A stretch of DNA of 64,000 bases from Trueperaceae bacterium (GTDB lineage: Bacteria; Deinococcota; Deinococci; Deinococcales; Trueperaceae). Made by a program: the position numbers and the translations under genes. Below the pieces are notes generated by a model that ran no database searches, was not told where the DNA came from, and worked only from the letters and a program-made list of their open reading frames with translations. Numbering within the stretch: position 1 is the stretch's first letter; each line of letters begins with the position of its first letter. The stretch covers positions 768,001 to 832,000 of the forward strand of contig OZ243956.1 of assembly GCA_965214405.1 (NCBI GenBank). The letters are read 5' to 3'. This document shows positions 20,868 through 30,231 of the stretch, one piece after another.

Positions 20868-21621
20868 AACGTTGACTAAGGGGGCGCTGTTGCAAGTTGA
20901 GGGCTTGCGCAAGTCCTTTGGGGCGCTGCTGGTCTCAAACAATATAAACCTCGACCTCCGTCCGGGCGAAATCCACGCGCTCATCGGTCCCAACGGGGCG
21001 GGCAAGACGACCCTGCTGGCGCAACTCAGCGGGCAGCTAAGACCCGACGCAGGCCGCATCCTTTTGGAGGGGCGCGACGTCACCCGCTTGTCCACACCCA
21101 AACGCGCCCGTCTGGGCGTCGCCCGCTCGTTTCAGATTACGGCGGTGCTGCCGGAGTTTAGTGTCTTAGAGAATGTCGCCCTGGCGGTGCAGGCGCGGGC
21201 CAAACATCACTTTCACTTCTGGCGGGACGCGCGGCGGGATGCAGGATTAACGGATGAAGCACACGACTTGCTCGAGCGCGTCGGCTTGGCCGCCGAGGCT
21301 CATACCCGCGCCGCAAACGTGTCGCACGGGCAAAGGCGGCAGCTCGAGCTGGCGATGGCGATGGCGACGCGTCCCAAAGTTTTATTGTTGGACGAGCCGA
21401 TGGCGGGCATGGGGCCGAGTGAAACGGAGACCATGACCCAGCTTGTCAAGGCCGTCAAACACGACTACGCCACCCTGCTCGTCGAACACGACATGGACGT
21501 CGTTTTCAGCCTCGCCGACCGCGTGTCGGTGCTCGTCTACGGCGAGCTCATCGCCACGGGAAGCCCCGCCGAGGTTCGCGCCGACGGTAACGTGCAGCGG
21601 GCGTACTTGAATGAGGCGTGA
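20860..21621 (+). CDS. ABC ATP-binding protein (LivG-like)
   Basis: GPNGAGKT, LLLDEP, LVEHDM. Confidence 0.93.
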   Translation: MTETLTKGALLQVEGLRKSFGALLVSNNINLDLRPGEIHALIGPNGAGKTTLLAQLSGQLRPDAGRILLEGRDVTRLSTPKRARLGVARSFQITAVLPEFSVLENVALAVQARAKHHFHFWRDARRDAGLTDEAHDLLERVGLAAEAHTRAANVSHGQRRQLELAMAMATRPKVLLLDEPMAGMGPSETETMTQLVKAVKHDYATLLVEHDMDVVFSLADRVSVLVYGELIATGSPAEVRADGNVQRAYLNEA

Positions 21622-22324
21622 GGTGCTGAGCGTCCAGGGCATCGACACCGCCTACGGCGCGTCGCAAGTCTTGTTCGGCGTGAGTTTGGAGGTGGACGAG
21701 GGCGAGGTGGTGGGCCTCTTAGGGCGCAACGGCATGGGCAAGACGACGACGGTGCGCTCCATCATGGGCTTAACGCCGCCCAAAGGGGGTGAAATCAGCT
21801 TTGAAGGGCGACTTATTAGCACGCAGCCTCCTTACCGGGTGGCGCAGCGCGGCGTCGGGTTAGTGCCCGAGGGGCGGCACATTTTCCCCAACTTGAGCGC
21901 CGAAGAGAACCTTGTGGCAACGGCCCGCAACGCATTTAACCGGCCCGACCCCTGGACCTTAGGGCGCGTTTACGACCTCTTTCCGCGCTTAGCCGAGCGG
22001 CGGCGGCACCTGGGCAACCAACTTTCGGGCGGCGAACAGCAGATGCTGGCGATTGGCCGGGCGCTCCTCACCAACCCCAAACTGCTCGTCTTGGACGAGG
22101 CCACCGAAGGGCTCGCGCCGGGGCTGCGTGGCGACATCTGGCGCAGCGTGAGGCAACTCAAGGCGGAAGGTCAGGCCATCCTCATCATCGACAGCAATTT
22201 ATCCGAGATGCTGAGCGTCACCGACCGCAGCTATATTTTGGAAAAGGGGCGCGTGGTGTGGGGGGGTCCCAGCCCCGAACTCGCCGCGCAGCCCGAGGTG
22301 AAGCGGCGGTATTTGGGCATCTAA
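21611..22324 (+). CDS. ABC ATP-binding protein (LivF-like)
   Basis: GRNGMGKT, LSGGEQQMLAIGRAL. Confidence 0.93.
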   Translation: MRREVLSVQGIDTAYGASQVLFGVSLEVDEGEVVGLLGRNGMGKTTTVRSIMGLTPPKGGEISFEGRLISTQPPYRVAQRGVGLVPEGRHIFPNLSAEENLVATARNAFNRPDPWTLGRVYDLFPRLAERRRHLGNQLSGGEQQMLAIGRALLTNPKLLVLDEATEGLAPGLRGDIWRSVRQLKAEGQAILIIDSNLSEMLSVTDRSYILEKGRVVWGGPSPELAAQPEVKRRYLGI

Positions 22325-22347
22325 ATGAGCAGCTAAAAAGGAGTAGC

Positions 22348-23097
22348 GTGAGCGAACACAAGCGAGTCGCCATCGTCACCGGGGCCGCGCGGGGCATCGG
22401 CTTAGCCATTGCTAGGGCGCTCTTAAAAGACAGTTTGACAGTTGTCAGCATCGACATCAACCGTGAAGTTTTGGAAGAAACGGCGGAGACGTTGCAGGGA
22501 GAAAGTCTGGACTTCGTCGCCCAGGTGGCGGACGTGTCCCGCGCGGACGAGGTGACGCGCGTGTTTGCAGAAATCGACCACAGCACGGGCGGGCCGGACG
22601 TGCTGGTCAACAACGCGGGCACCTGCTTGATGGACGATTTTATAGACATAAGCCCCGAGGCGTTTCGTCGGCAGATGGCTGTCAACTTTGACTCCGCCTT
22701 TTACTGTTGCCAAAAGGCGATTCCGCGCATGTTGAGGCGGCCCGGCATCAAAAAGATTGTCAACATCTCCTCAAACGGGGCCTACAACTTCGACGTATTC
22801 GACCCCGCGCACTACCGCGCTTCCAAGGCGGCGCTCGACAATCTCACCAAACATCTGGCGCGGCGCTACGCGAGCGAGGGGATCGCGGTCAATTCCGTCG
22901 CGCCCGCCATGACCCGCACCGATTTGTTCGATGTGGTGAGCCCGGACGAACTCGCCCAAGCGCTCGCGGGGATGCCGCGCGGCGAGCCGATGCAGCCCGA
23001 AGAGATTGCGGCGTGGGTGGCGTTTCTCGTGTCGAGCGCGGGGGACTGCTCGAGCGGCAACGTCATCATCCTCAACCAAGGGCGGGATGTGCGGTAG
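22348..23097 (+). CDS. SDR family oxidoreductase
   Basis: TGAARGIG, NNAG, YRASK; AAGGAG RBS before GTG 22348. Confidence 0.9.
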   Translation: MSEHKRVAIVTGAARGIGLAIARALLKDSLTVVSIDINREVLEETAETLQGESLDFVAQVADVSRADEVTRVFAEIDHSTGGPDVLVNNAGTCLMDDFIDISPEAFRRQMAVNFDSAFYCCQKAIPRMLRRPGIKKIVNISSNGAYNFDVFDPAHYRASKAALDNLTKHLARRYASEGIAVNSVAPAMTRTDLFDVVSPDELAQALAGMPRGEPMQPEEIAAWVAFLVSSAGDCSSGNVIILNQGRDVR

Positions 23098-23127
23098 GCC
23101 CCACAAAGTGAGGTTGGGTCAATCTTC

Positions 23128-23550
23128 TTAAAATGTGAAGGCGTCGAGGAAGGCTCGAGGCTGGATGATGGCAATGTCCCGAAAAGGGTGCAGCACGAGC
23201 AAATCTTTGTCGCCCGTGACAATAACGTGGGCATGGCCGTTGACGGCTACCTCGAGGAATTTATTATCATTGGGGTCGCGGCAAGCCGTGACGGTTTCAC
23301 GAATCTCTACCTCGTAACTAACTGTCTCGATAGAATCAACGAAATCTTTTCGCTTTGCGTCCGAAAGGTACTTGTCGAACTTGTCGCGGTATAAAACCTC
23401 TAAAAATTCTGCCAGTGTTGAGGTAGAAACAACGAGTAATCCCTCAGATATCGCTTTGTCTAAAACTCGACCGGGTGTTCCGTTTGGAAATAAAGCAGCA
23501 CTCACCAACGTGTTTGTGTCCAGCACAAACCGCGGTGGGGCGTCACTCAC
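23128..23550 (-). CDS. PIN-domain toxin of a type II toxin-antitoxin system
   Basis: VLDTNTLVSA, CRDPNDNKFLEVA, IVTGDKDLL. Confidence 0.9.
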   Translation of the reverse strand: MSDAPPRFVLDTNTLVSAALFPNGTPGRVLDKAISEGLLVVSTSTLAEFLEVLYRDKFDKYLSDAKRKDFVDSIETVSYEVEIRETVTACRDPNDNKFLEVAVNGHAHVIVTGDKDLLVLHPFRDIAIIQPRAFLDAFTF

Positions 23551-23809
23551 TTAGAATCTCAGCCAGCTTTTCCTCGGTCAAGCCGTTACGCTGCGCTTCT
23601 TCGGCCAAGGCGTCCCTTGCGGCGAAAAATTTCTTGATTTGCTCTTTCCGAACGCTCGAAAACATATCAAACTGTTCCGGCGACAAAACCACCGCCACGT
23701 CTTCACCGTCCTGTTGGAGGGTAACGGGTTCTTTACCCTTACCAAGCAAGCCAAGCAAGTTATCAATCATTCTTTTTTGCTTTTCGTCCTTGGCGCTTAC
23801 GTAACGCAT
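23543..23809 (-). CDS. Phd/YefM-like antitoxin
   Basis: 88 aa, EPVTLQQDGEDVAVVLSPEQF; overlaps the toxin start; AAGGAG RBS before ATG 23809. Confidence 0.75.
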   Translation of the reverse strand: MRYVSAKDEKQKRMIDNLLGLLGKGKEPVTLQQDGEDVAVVLSPEQFDMFSSVRKEQIKKFFAARDALAEEAQRNGLTEEKLAEILSE

Positions 23810-23902
23810 AGAGTCTCCTTGAGAACAATTATAGCCGCTACCCAAAGGTTCGCGTCATGTTGCGCTCGTCAGCCGCGTGACCGCAAATTGACTAGACCGC
23901 CG

Positions 23903-25024
23903 CTACAACGTTTCGTCGCTCGAGCCCACCCCCAAACCCTCCAGCAACCGCGCCACGTCCTCCAGGGTGTTGTAAAAATGCGGTGAGACGCGCACGTTGC
24001 CGTCACGGCTCGAGACGATCACACCCCTCTCGGCAAGTTTCGCCACCTGCGCTTCGGCGTCCCGCACCTTGATAGCCACCATCGCGCCGTGGTCGTCGGG
24101 CGTCGCCACGCAAAAGCCCCTTTCTCGAGCGCCTTTTTTCAGCGCGTCTGTCAGCTCGCGCAAATGCGCCGCAATAGCCTCCGTGCCCACCGACCGAACA
24201 AGCTCGAGGCCCGCCAGCCCCGCGTAAAGGTTCGGGTTGGGCGGCGTGCCCGACTCGAAGCGGCGCGCGCTGCCTGATGGGTCGTGCGTGTAAATATCGA
24301 GCGCCATGACGTCGGCTTGGGCGAACCAGCCGGTGGCGGTGGGCTCGAGCTTTTCAAGCAAATCCTCCCGCACGTACATAAAGGCGAGCCCGGACGAGCC
24401 GAGCAAATACTTGAGCGCCCCGCCGACCATCACGTCAACGCCTAGCGCCTTGACGTCAATCGGCATCGTGCCGAGCGACTGATACGCGTCTAGGAGCGAG
24501 AGCGCGCCGCGCTCGTGGGCGAGGTTGGACACGGCCTTGGCGTCTTGCCGTGCGCCGTTACGGTAGCAGACGTGGGCGAAGGAGACCAAGGCGGTCTGTT
24601 CGTCAACGCGCGAGGCGTAGTGCTCGAGCGGAATCCCCCCATCTTCTTCAGGCACGTGAACAACCCTCGCGCCGCGCGCCGCCTGCGCGTGCCAAATCTG
24701 CGCCACGGTCGGAAACTCGAAATCGCTCACTACCACCCGGTTTCGCTCGCCGCTGAAGTCGAGCGCGCTCGCCAGGGCGCTCACCGCCGCCGACACGGAG
24801 GTGGTGACGGCGATTTCGTCGGGCTTGGCGTTGATGAATTCGGCAAAGGCGGCGCGCGCCTCCTCGAGCTTGCCCACCCACAGCTCCCAAGGCGAGCCCA
24901 GCGTCTCCCAATCTTGCAAATACTCTTCGTAAGCCGCTTTAACCTCGAGCGACAGCGCCCCCTTAGAGCAACTGTTGAGATAGGCTTTGGTTTCAAAGAT
25001 GGGGAAGTGGTCTCTCAGCATCAT
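23903..25024 (-). CDS. Aminotransferase class V-fold PLP enzyme (kynureninase/cysteine desulfurase-like)
   Basis: YLNSCSKGA, LDAYQS, GALKYLLG, RRFESGTP, RVSPHFYN. Confidence 0.88.
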   Translation of the reverse strand: MMLRDHFPIFETKAYLNSCSKGALSLEVKAAYEEYLQDWETLGSPWELWVGKLEEARAAFAEFINAKPDEIAVTTSVSAAVSALASALDFSGERNRVVVSDFEFPTVAQIWHAQAARGARVVHVPEEDGGIPLEHYASRVDEQTALVSFAHVCYRNGARQDAKAVSNLAHERGALSLLDAYQSLGTMPIDVKALGVDVMVGGALKYLLGSSGLAFMYVREDLLEKLEPTATGWFAQADVMALDIYTHDPSGSARRFESGTPPNPNLYAGLAGLELVRSVGTEAIAAHLRELTDALKKGARERGFCVATPDDHGAMVAIKVRDAEAQVAKLAERGVIVSSRDGNVRVSPHFYNTLEDVARLLEGLGVGSSDETL

Positions 25025-25746
25025 TACCTTCCTAAATAGGCTTTGCGCAAGTTCTCGTTCTGCCGCAAGTTCGCCGCTGTATCCGCCAGTGCCACGCGCC
25101 CGGTCTGGAGCACGTAACCGCGGTCGGCGATGGACAGCGCCATGTTGGCGTTCTGCTCGACCATAAATACGGTGACGCCCGCTTCGTTCACTTGTTTGAT
25201 AAGCTCAAAGTTTTTCTCGACCAGCGCGGGCGCTAAGCCCATCGAGGGTTCGTCCATCAGCAAGAGTTTGGGGCGGCTCATGAGCGCCCTCGCCATCGCC
25301 AGCATCTGCTGCTCCCCACCCGAAAGCGTGCCCCCCTGCTGCGCGAGCCGTTCGCGGATGCGCGGGAAAAGCGTAAGCATCCGTTCTAAGTCCTCCTCCA
25401 CCCCATCTTTGTCGTTGCGCAAGTACGCCCCCATGAGCAGGTTTTCCCTCACGCTCATGTCGCCGAAGATGCGCCGGTTCTCGGGCACCACCGCGATACC
25501 GTGGCCCACGCGGTAGCTCGTCGGTTTGTCGTTGACCACCTCGCCGTCAAAGGTGACAGTGCCGCTACTAGCGCGCACGACGCCGAGCGCGGTCTTGAGC
25601 GTCGTGGACTTGCCCGAGGCGTTGCCGCCCAACAGGCAGACGAGTTCGCCGGGGTAAATCTCGAGGTTCACGTCTTGCAGGATGTGGATGGGGCCGTAGT
25701 AGGTGTTGACGTTGCTGAAGCGGAGGAGCGGTTCGGATTTCGTCAT
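25024..25746 (-). CDS. ABC ATP-binding protein (LivF-like)
   Basis: GGNASGKST, LSGGEQQMLAMARAL. Confidence 0.93.
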   Translation of the reverse strand: MTKSEPLLRFSNVNTYYGPIHILQDVNLEIYPGELVCLLGGNASGKSTTLKTALGVVRASSGTVTFDGEVVNDKPTSYRVGHGIAVVPENRRIFGDMSVRENLLMGAYLRNDKDGVEEDLERMLTLFPRIRERLAQQGGTLSGGEQQMLAMARALMSRPKLLLMDEPSMGLAPALVEKNFELIKQVNEAGVTVFMVEQNANMALSIADRGYVLQTGRVALADTAANLRQNENLRKAYLGR

Positions 25747-26897
25747 AGGCGTGAGGTTGTTGACGCGTACGTGTCGAGCAGGGCGGCCAAGCGCGCTAGT
25801 CCCAGCTCGAGCCCAACCGTCTCCCCACCCCCCACCCCGAGCCGGATGTGTTGCGGAAGACCGTACGCGCTGCCGGGAATCAAAAAGGTGCGGTAGGGCG
25901 GGCGCAACAGCTCACGCGCCAGCGTCTCGCCGTCTACGGGAGTATGCAAGCGGCACAGACCGATAAGCCCCGCGGCGGGACGTTGCCAGGAGAGGTCGGC
26001 TCGAGCCTCAACAAACGCGTCCAACGTTTCCAGATTCTTACGCCCTTCCGTGCGCGCTTTCTCCAACGCTTCAGCGTACCGTTCCGGGCGCAGCGCCACC
26101 TCCGCAATCGCCTCGCCCAAAACGTTCCTAATCTCGCTGCTGTTCTCGCGCAAAATCACCGCGTCTTTGACAACTTTTTGGTCACGGCAAATGAGCCAGC
26201 CTGTGCGCAAACCTTGCAAGCCGAGCGCCTTGGACACGCTCCCGGTGGAGATGCCACGTTTGTAAAGCCCGGCGACACTCGGAACGCGCCCGCCCGTCCA
26301 CTCGAGCCCCGCGTAGACCTCGTCGCAGAGCACATACGCGCCGACGCGCTCGGCTAGGTGGATGACCTCGAGCAGTTCATCCTCGCGCATGACCTGCCCG
26401 GTCGGGTTGTTCGGGTTGCACAAGAAGATTAAGCGGGTGCGCTCGGTGATGAGGTCCTCGAGTTCCCTCATATCAAATCGCCAGCCGCGCGCCTCATCGC
26501 GGGGCAAAAGCTTGATGTCCGCGCCTATCGCTTTGCCCAGCACCGCCGCTTGGGGCCAGCCGGGGGTCTCGAGGATGAACTCGTCGCCCGGTTGCACAAG
26601 TTGCGTCAGAGCCAAGAAGTTAGCCTCAGCAGTTCCGGCAGTAATCAGAACATCGTCCACCATGCAACTTCCCGTAAGATTCGACCGCGCCAGCACGTTC
26701 TCCCGCAGCGCGTTCATTCCCTGAAACGACTCGTTCGACCAGTCCAAAGACATCTCCGGGTCGAGGTACAGTAAAAAGTCACCCAATTTAGGCGGCGTCG
26801 CCAAAGAAAAGCCCAGCACCGCTTCCGGTTTGGTCGAGGGTTTGGTTGAAGCGGTCTCGAGCAAAAACTCAAAGAGCGTGTGCATCTCGACCTTCAT
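25743..26897 (-). CDS. PLP-dependent aminotransferase class I/II
   Basis: CNPNNPTG, DEVY, SVSKALGLQGLRTGW. Confidence 0.9.
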   Translation of the reverse strand: MKVEMHTLFEFLLETASTKPSTKPEAVLGFSLATPPKLGDFLLYLDPEMSLDWSNESFQGMNALRENVLARSNLTGSCMVDDVLITAGTAEANFLALTQLVQPGDEFILETPGWPQAAVLGKAIGADIKLLPRDEARGWRFDMRELEDLITERTRLIFLCNPNNPTGQVMREDELLEVIHLAERVGAYVLCDEVYAGLEWTGGRVPSVAGLYKRGISTGSVSKALGLQGLRTGWLICRDQKVVKDAVILRENSSEIRNVLGEAIAEVALRPERYAEALEKARTEGRKNLETLDAFVEARADLSWQRPAAGLIGLCRLHTPVDGETLARELLRPPYRTFLIPGSAYGLPQHIRLGVGGGETVGLELGLARLAALLDTYASTTSRL

Positions 26898-27673
26898 CCC
26901 AGCTCCTTGTGACGACGCCCTAAGTACGCCTCAATCACGTTCTCGTCGTTGGTAACTTCTTCATAGCTGCCTTCTGCGATTTTGACGCCGTGGTCCAAAA
27001 CGACAACCCGGTCAGAAATCTTGCCGACCACGTTCATGTCGTGTTCGATGAGCAAGACCGTGTAACCGCCCTCGTCGCGCAATTTGCCAATAAGTTCAGT
27101 AATTTCGGCGGACTCGTTGGGGTTCATCCCGGCGGCGGGCTCGTCTAAGAGGAGAAAGTTCGCGCCCGTGGTCATCGCCCGCGCGATTTCCAACCTGCGC
27201 CGGTTCGCGTAGGACAGACTGTAAGCGGGTTGGTCGAAGCGGTAGCCCTGCAAGCGGCTCCCGAAAAAGGCCAAGTTTTTCTCGGCTCGCGCCCTAATCG
27301 CGTTTTCCTCTTCACGCCAGCCCGGTAAGCGCAGCATCGCCGACCACATCCCCGCGCGCGTGTGGCAGTAGGCCCCGGTCATGACGTTCTCGAGCACGCT
27401 CATGTTGAGGTAAACCCGCAGACTCTGAAAGGTTCGCGCCAATCCCAAGGCGGTGATGTCGTGCGGTCTCATCCCGACGATGGAACGGTCCTTGAAACGG
27501 ATGTCGCCCGTGTCGGGCCGGTAGATGCCGGTGATGAGGTTGATGGCGGTTGACTTGCCCGCGCCGTTGGGGCCGATGATGGAGACGATTTCGCCTCCTT
27601 TGACCTCGAGCGACAACTCGCTAATCGCCTTGAGCCCGCCAAAACTCAAGCTCACACCGTCTAAACACAACAT
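26894..27673 (-). CDS. ABC ATP-binding protein (LivG-like)
   Basis: GPNGAGKS, LLDEPAAGMN, IEHDM. Confidence 0.93.
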   Translation of the reverse strand: MLCLDGVSLSFGGLKAISELSLEVKGGEIVSIIGPNGAGKSTAINLITGIYRPDTGDIRFKDRSIVGMRPHDITALGLARTFQSLRVYLNMSVLENVMTGAYCHTRAGMWSAMLRLPGWREEENAIRARAEKNLAFFGSRLQGYRFDQPAYSLSYANRRRLEIARAMTTGANFLLLDEPAAGMNPNESAEITELIGKLRDEGGYTVLLIEHDMNVVGKISDRVVVLDHGVKIAEGSYEEVTNDENVIEAYLGRRHKELG

Positions 27674-27685
27674 CTAAATCAGCAC

Positions 27686-29224
27686 CTAAACGACCTTCAC
27701 TTCCGCCTTGCCGAGCAAGCCTTGGGGCCGCACAATCATCAGTACCACCAGTGTCACCCCGACGATGAGGATGCGGGTGGCCGAGGGCTCGAGCGCCAGC
27801 CGCGTCTCCCAGGCAAAGGCAAAGGCGTAGAGCGTGAGGCCGAGCAGCGCGTTGAATAGGCGCGGCTTGTGTTTGAACAAAACGGCGGCCAGCAGAACGA
27901 AAATGGCTGCGATAGTGACCACGTTCCCGACGGCTTGATAGTTACTCGGCAGCACCAGCCAACTCTGCACCAGCCGGTTGAGCCACGACCCGGTTTGCAG
28001 CGCGTTCGCGTCTAAACCCGGCCACACAAGCTGGACAAGGAGTTTGAGCAAAAGGCCGCCTACGACAGTCCCGCCGACGACGAGCGCAAAGCGCCGCCAA
28101 GACTTAAGCACCCCCCACACCCCGAGCAAGCCGAGACCATAAAAAAAGAAGCTCGCCAGCGTGATGCTCCGCAAGACCTCGGGCAAGACGGTAAAGATAA
28201 ACGCGCCCAGCACCACGCCGGGCAAGGAGCCGATGCCGCCCAAGACCACCATCGCGTAGAGGTTGATGAGCGTCAGAGCGCTGTAACGCGGCACCGGCAC
28301 CACGTTCGCCAGCCAGGCCGCCTCCACCGACCCGGCCAATGCAGCGATGCCCGCGCCAATGGCGAAAGCCAGCAGCTTGAGCCGCCCCGTGGGCGTGCCC
28401 ATCACCTCGGCGGCGAGTTCGTCCTCGCGGATGGCCCGCCAAGCGCGGCCGATGCGCGAGGCGTTGAGGTTGTGAACCGCCACGTACACGAGGGCCAGAA
28501 GAACCAGGAAAAGATAGTAGTAATGCAGCGTCGAGTCGAAAGTAAAGCCGAACAGCGAAATATCGTCCAGGCGGTTGATGCCGTTGGGGCCGCGCGTCAG
28601 GTCCACCGGGCGCTCGAGCCACGGCAGCTTAACCCGCGTCAGGGTCAGCGCGAGCTGCACGAACACGAGACCGAAGCCCAACGTGACAATCGCCAGGTAA
28701 TCACCCGACAGACGCAGCGACATCGCCCCAATGAGAGCGCCGACGAGCGCCGTCGCCAGGATGATGAGCGGCACGCTGACGAGCGAGGGTAGATGTATCC
28801 CGTTTGAACTAAAAACCGTGACGAAGTCCGACGAAGTGTAGGCGTAAAAGTAGCCCGCCAGCCCGTAAAAGGCGACATAACCCAAGTCGAGCAGCCCGGC
28901 GTAGCCCACCACCACGTTGAGGCCGATCGCCATGATGGCGAAAACGAGAAAACGCGCAAGCGTGCGGACGATGAAGTCGTTGTTGCTCGAGCCTATCAGC
29001 TCCAAAAACCCGCTTGTCCCGGTAAGTAGCGGCGCAACGATGAGCAGCGCGACGACGAGCGCGTAACGCCACCCCAGCGGCACCCGCTCCCAGCGGTCCG
29101 CCGCGCCGCCCCAGAAGCCGGAGCGTCTGCGCTTGCGGCTCTCCGCCTGCGCCACCCATTCGTCGGTGCCAATGCGCGGTTCTGGTTGCGAGTGGTTGTC
29201 CGAGGGAGGAATTTGCTTTGCCAC
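27686..29224 (-). CDS. ABC permease (LivM-like, long form)
   Basis: GLNVVVGYAGLLDLGYVAF, GDYLAIVTLGFG, AIREDELAA. Confidence 0.92.
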   Translation of the reverse strand: MAKQIPPSDNHSQPEPRIGTDEWVAQAESRKRRRSGFWGGAADRWERVPLGWRYALVVALLIVAPLLTGTSGFLELIGSSNNDFIVRTLARFLVFAIMAIGLNVVVGYAGLLDLGYVAFYGLAGYFYAYTSSDFVTVFSSNGIHLPSLVSVPLIILATALVGALIGAMSLRLSGDYLAIVTLGFGLVFVQLALTLTRVKLPWLERPVDLTRGPNGINRLDDISLFGFTFDSTLHYYYLFLVLLALVYVAVHNLNASRIGRAWRAIREDELAAEVMGTPTGRLKLLAFAIGAGIAALAGSVEAAWLANVVPVPRYSALTLINLYAMVVLGGIGSLPGVVLGAFIFTVLPEVLRSITLASFFFYGLGLLGVWGVLKSWRRFALVVGGTVVGGLLLKLLVQLVWPGLDANALQTGSWLNRLVQSWLVLPSNYQAVGNVVTIAAIFVLLAAVLFKHKPRLFNALLGLTLYAFAFAWETRLALEPSATRILIVGVTLVVLMIVRPQGLLGKAEVKVV

Positions 29225-29226
29225 AA

Positions 29227-30156
29227 TTAGACTTTCTGCACCAGCGGCTTACCCAGCAGCCCGCTCGGCTTGATGAGCAAGATAATCACAAGGATGACGA
29301 AAGCCGCCGCGTCCGTAAAGGTTGGCGACAGATAGACGCTCGTAAACGACTCCGCAAAACCCAAAATGAGCCCGCCCAGCATCGCCCCCGGAATGCTGCC
29401 GATGCCCCCGACCACCGCCGCCGTAAAACCTTTGAGCCCGGCGATAAAGCCCATCGTGTGCCGGATGCTGAAGAAAACGATGCCGACCAGCACTCCCGCC
29501 GCGCCCGCCAACACCGCGCCGATAAAAAAGGTGGCGAGGACGACCCGGTTAACGTCCACACCCATCATCTCGGCGGCGTCTAGGTCGGTGGCAACCGCCC
29601 GCATCGCGCGGCCCAGGCGCGTCTGTTGCACAAAATACGTGAGCGCCAGCATCAGCACCAAGGTGGTGCCGATGACGAGGAGCCTCGAGGCGTGAACCCG
29701 CAGGTCGCCCACGTCCACCCCGGCATTGAGGCCGATCAGCGTGCTGCTGCCGTAACTCAAAGGGCGCGGGCTCACCGTGATTTGCACGAGGTTTTGCAGG
29801 ATAAAAGACACGCCTAGCGCGCTAATGAGGGGCGCGATGCGCGGCGCGTAACGCAGTGGGCGGTAGGCGAACCGCTCCACCGCGATGCTCACCACCCCGG
29901 CCCCGACCATCGCCACGACGAGCATCCCCACGATGACGAGCGCCGCTGGGATGAGTAGCCCCCCGTCGGCGTTGAACATAATAAACACGCCGTAACCCAA
30001 GTAAGCCCCAATCATATAGATGTCGCCGTGGGCGAAGTTGAGCAGTTTCAGAATGCCGTAGACCATCGAATAGCCGAGCGCGATAAGCCCGTAGACGCTG
30101 CCCAGGGTGAGCCCGTTGAGCAGCGTTTGAGGAAGAAGCGCGAGAAACGTGTCCAT
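29227..30156 (-). CDS. ABC permease (LivH-like)
   Basis: ALGYSMVYGILKLLNFAHG, KGFTAAVVGGIGS. Confidence 0.93.
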   Translation of the reverse strand: MDTFLALLPQTLLNGLTLGSVYGLIALGYSMVYGILKLLNFAHGDIYMIGAYLGYGVFIMFNADGGLLIPAALVIVGMLVVAMVGAGVVSIAVERFAYRPLRYAPRIAPLISALGVSFILQNLVQITVSPRPLSYGSSTLIGLNAGVDVGDLRVHASRLLVIGTTLVLMLALTYFVQQTRLGRAMRAVATDLDAAEMMGVDVNRVVLATFFIGAVLAGAAGVLVGIVFFSIRHTMGFIAGLKGFTAAVVGGIGSIPGAMLGGLILGFAESFTSVYLSPTFTDAAAFVILVIILLIKPSGLLGKPLVQKV

Positions 30157-30231
30157 ACGTCAGTGTAAGCGGTGGGCGTAGCGGGCTGTAAGCCTGCTTT
30201 TTTACGCCCACCTCAAAACGCTTACTTAAAC

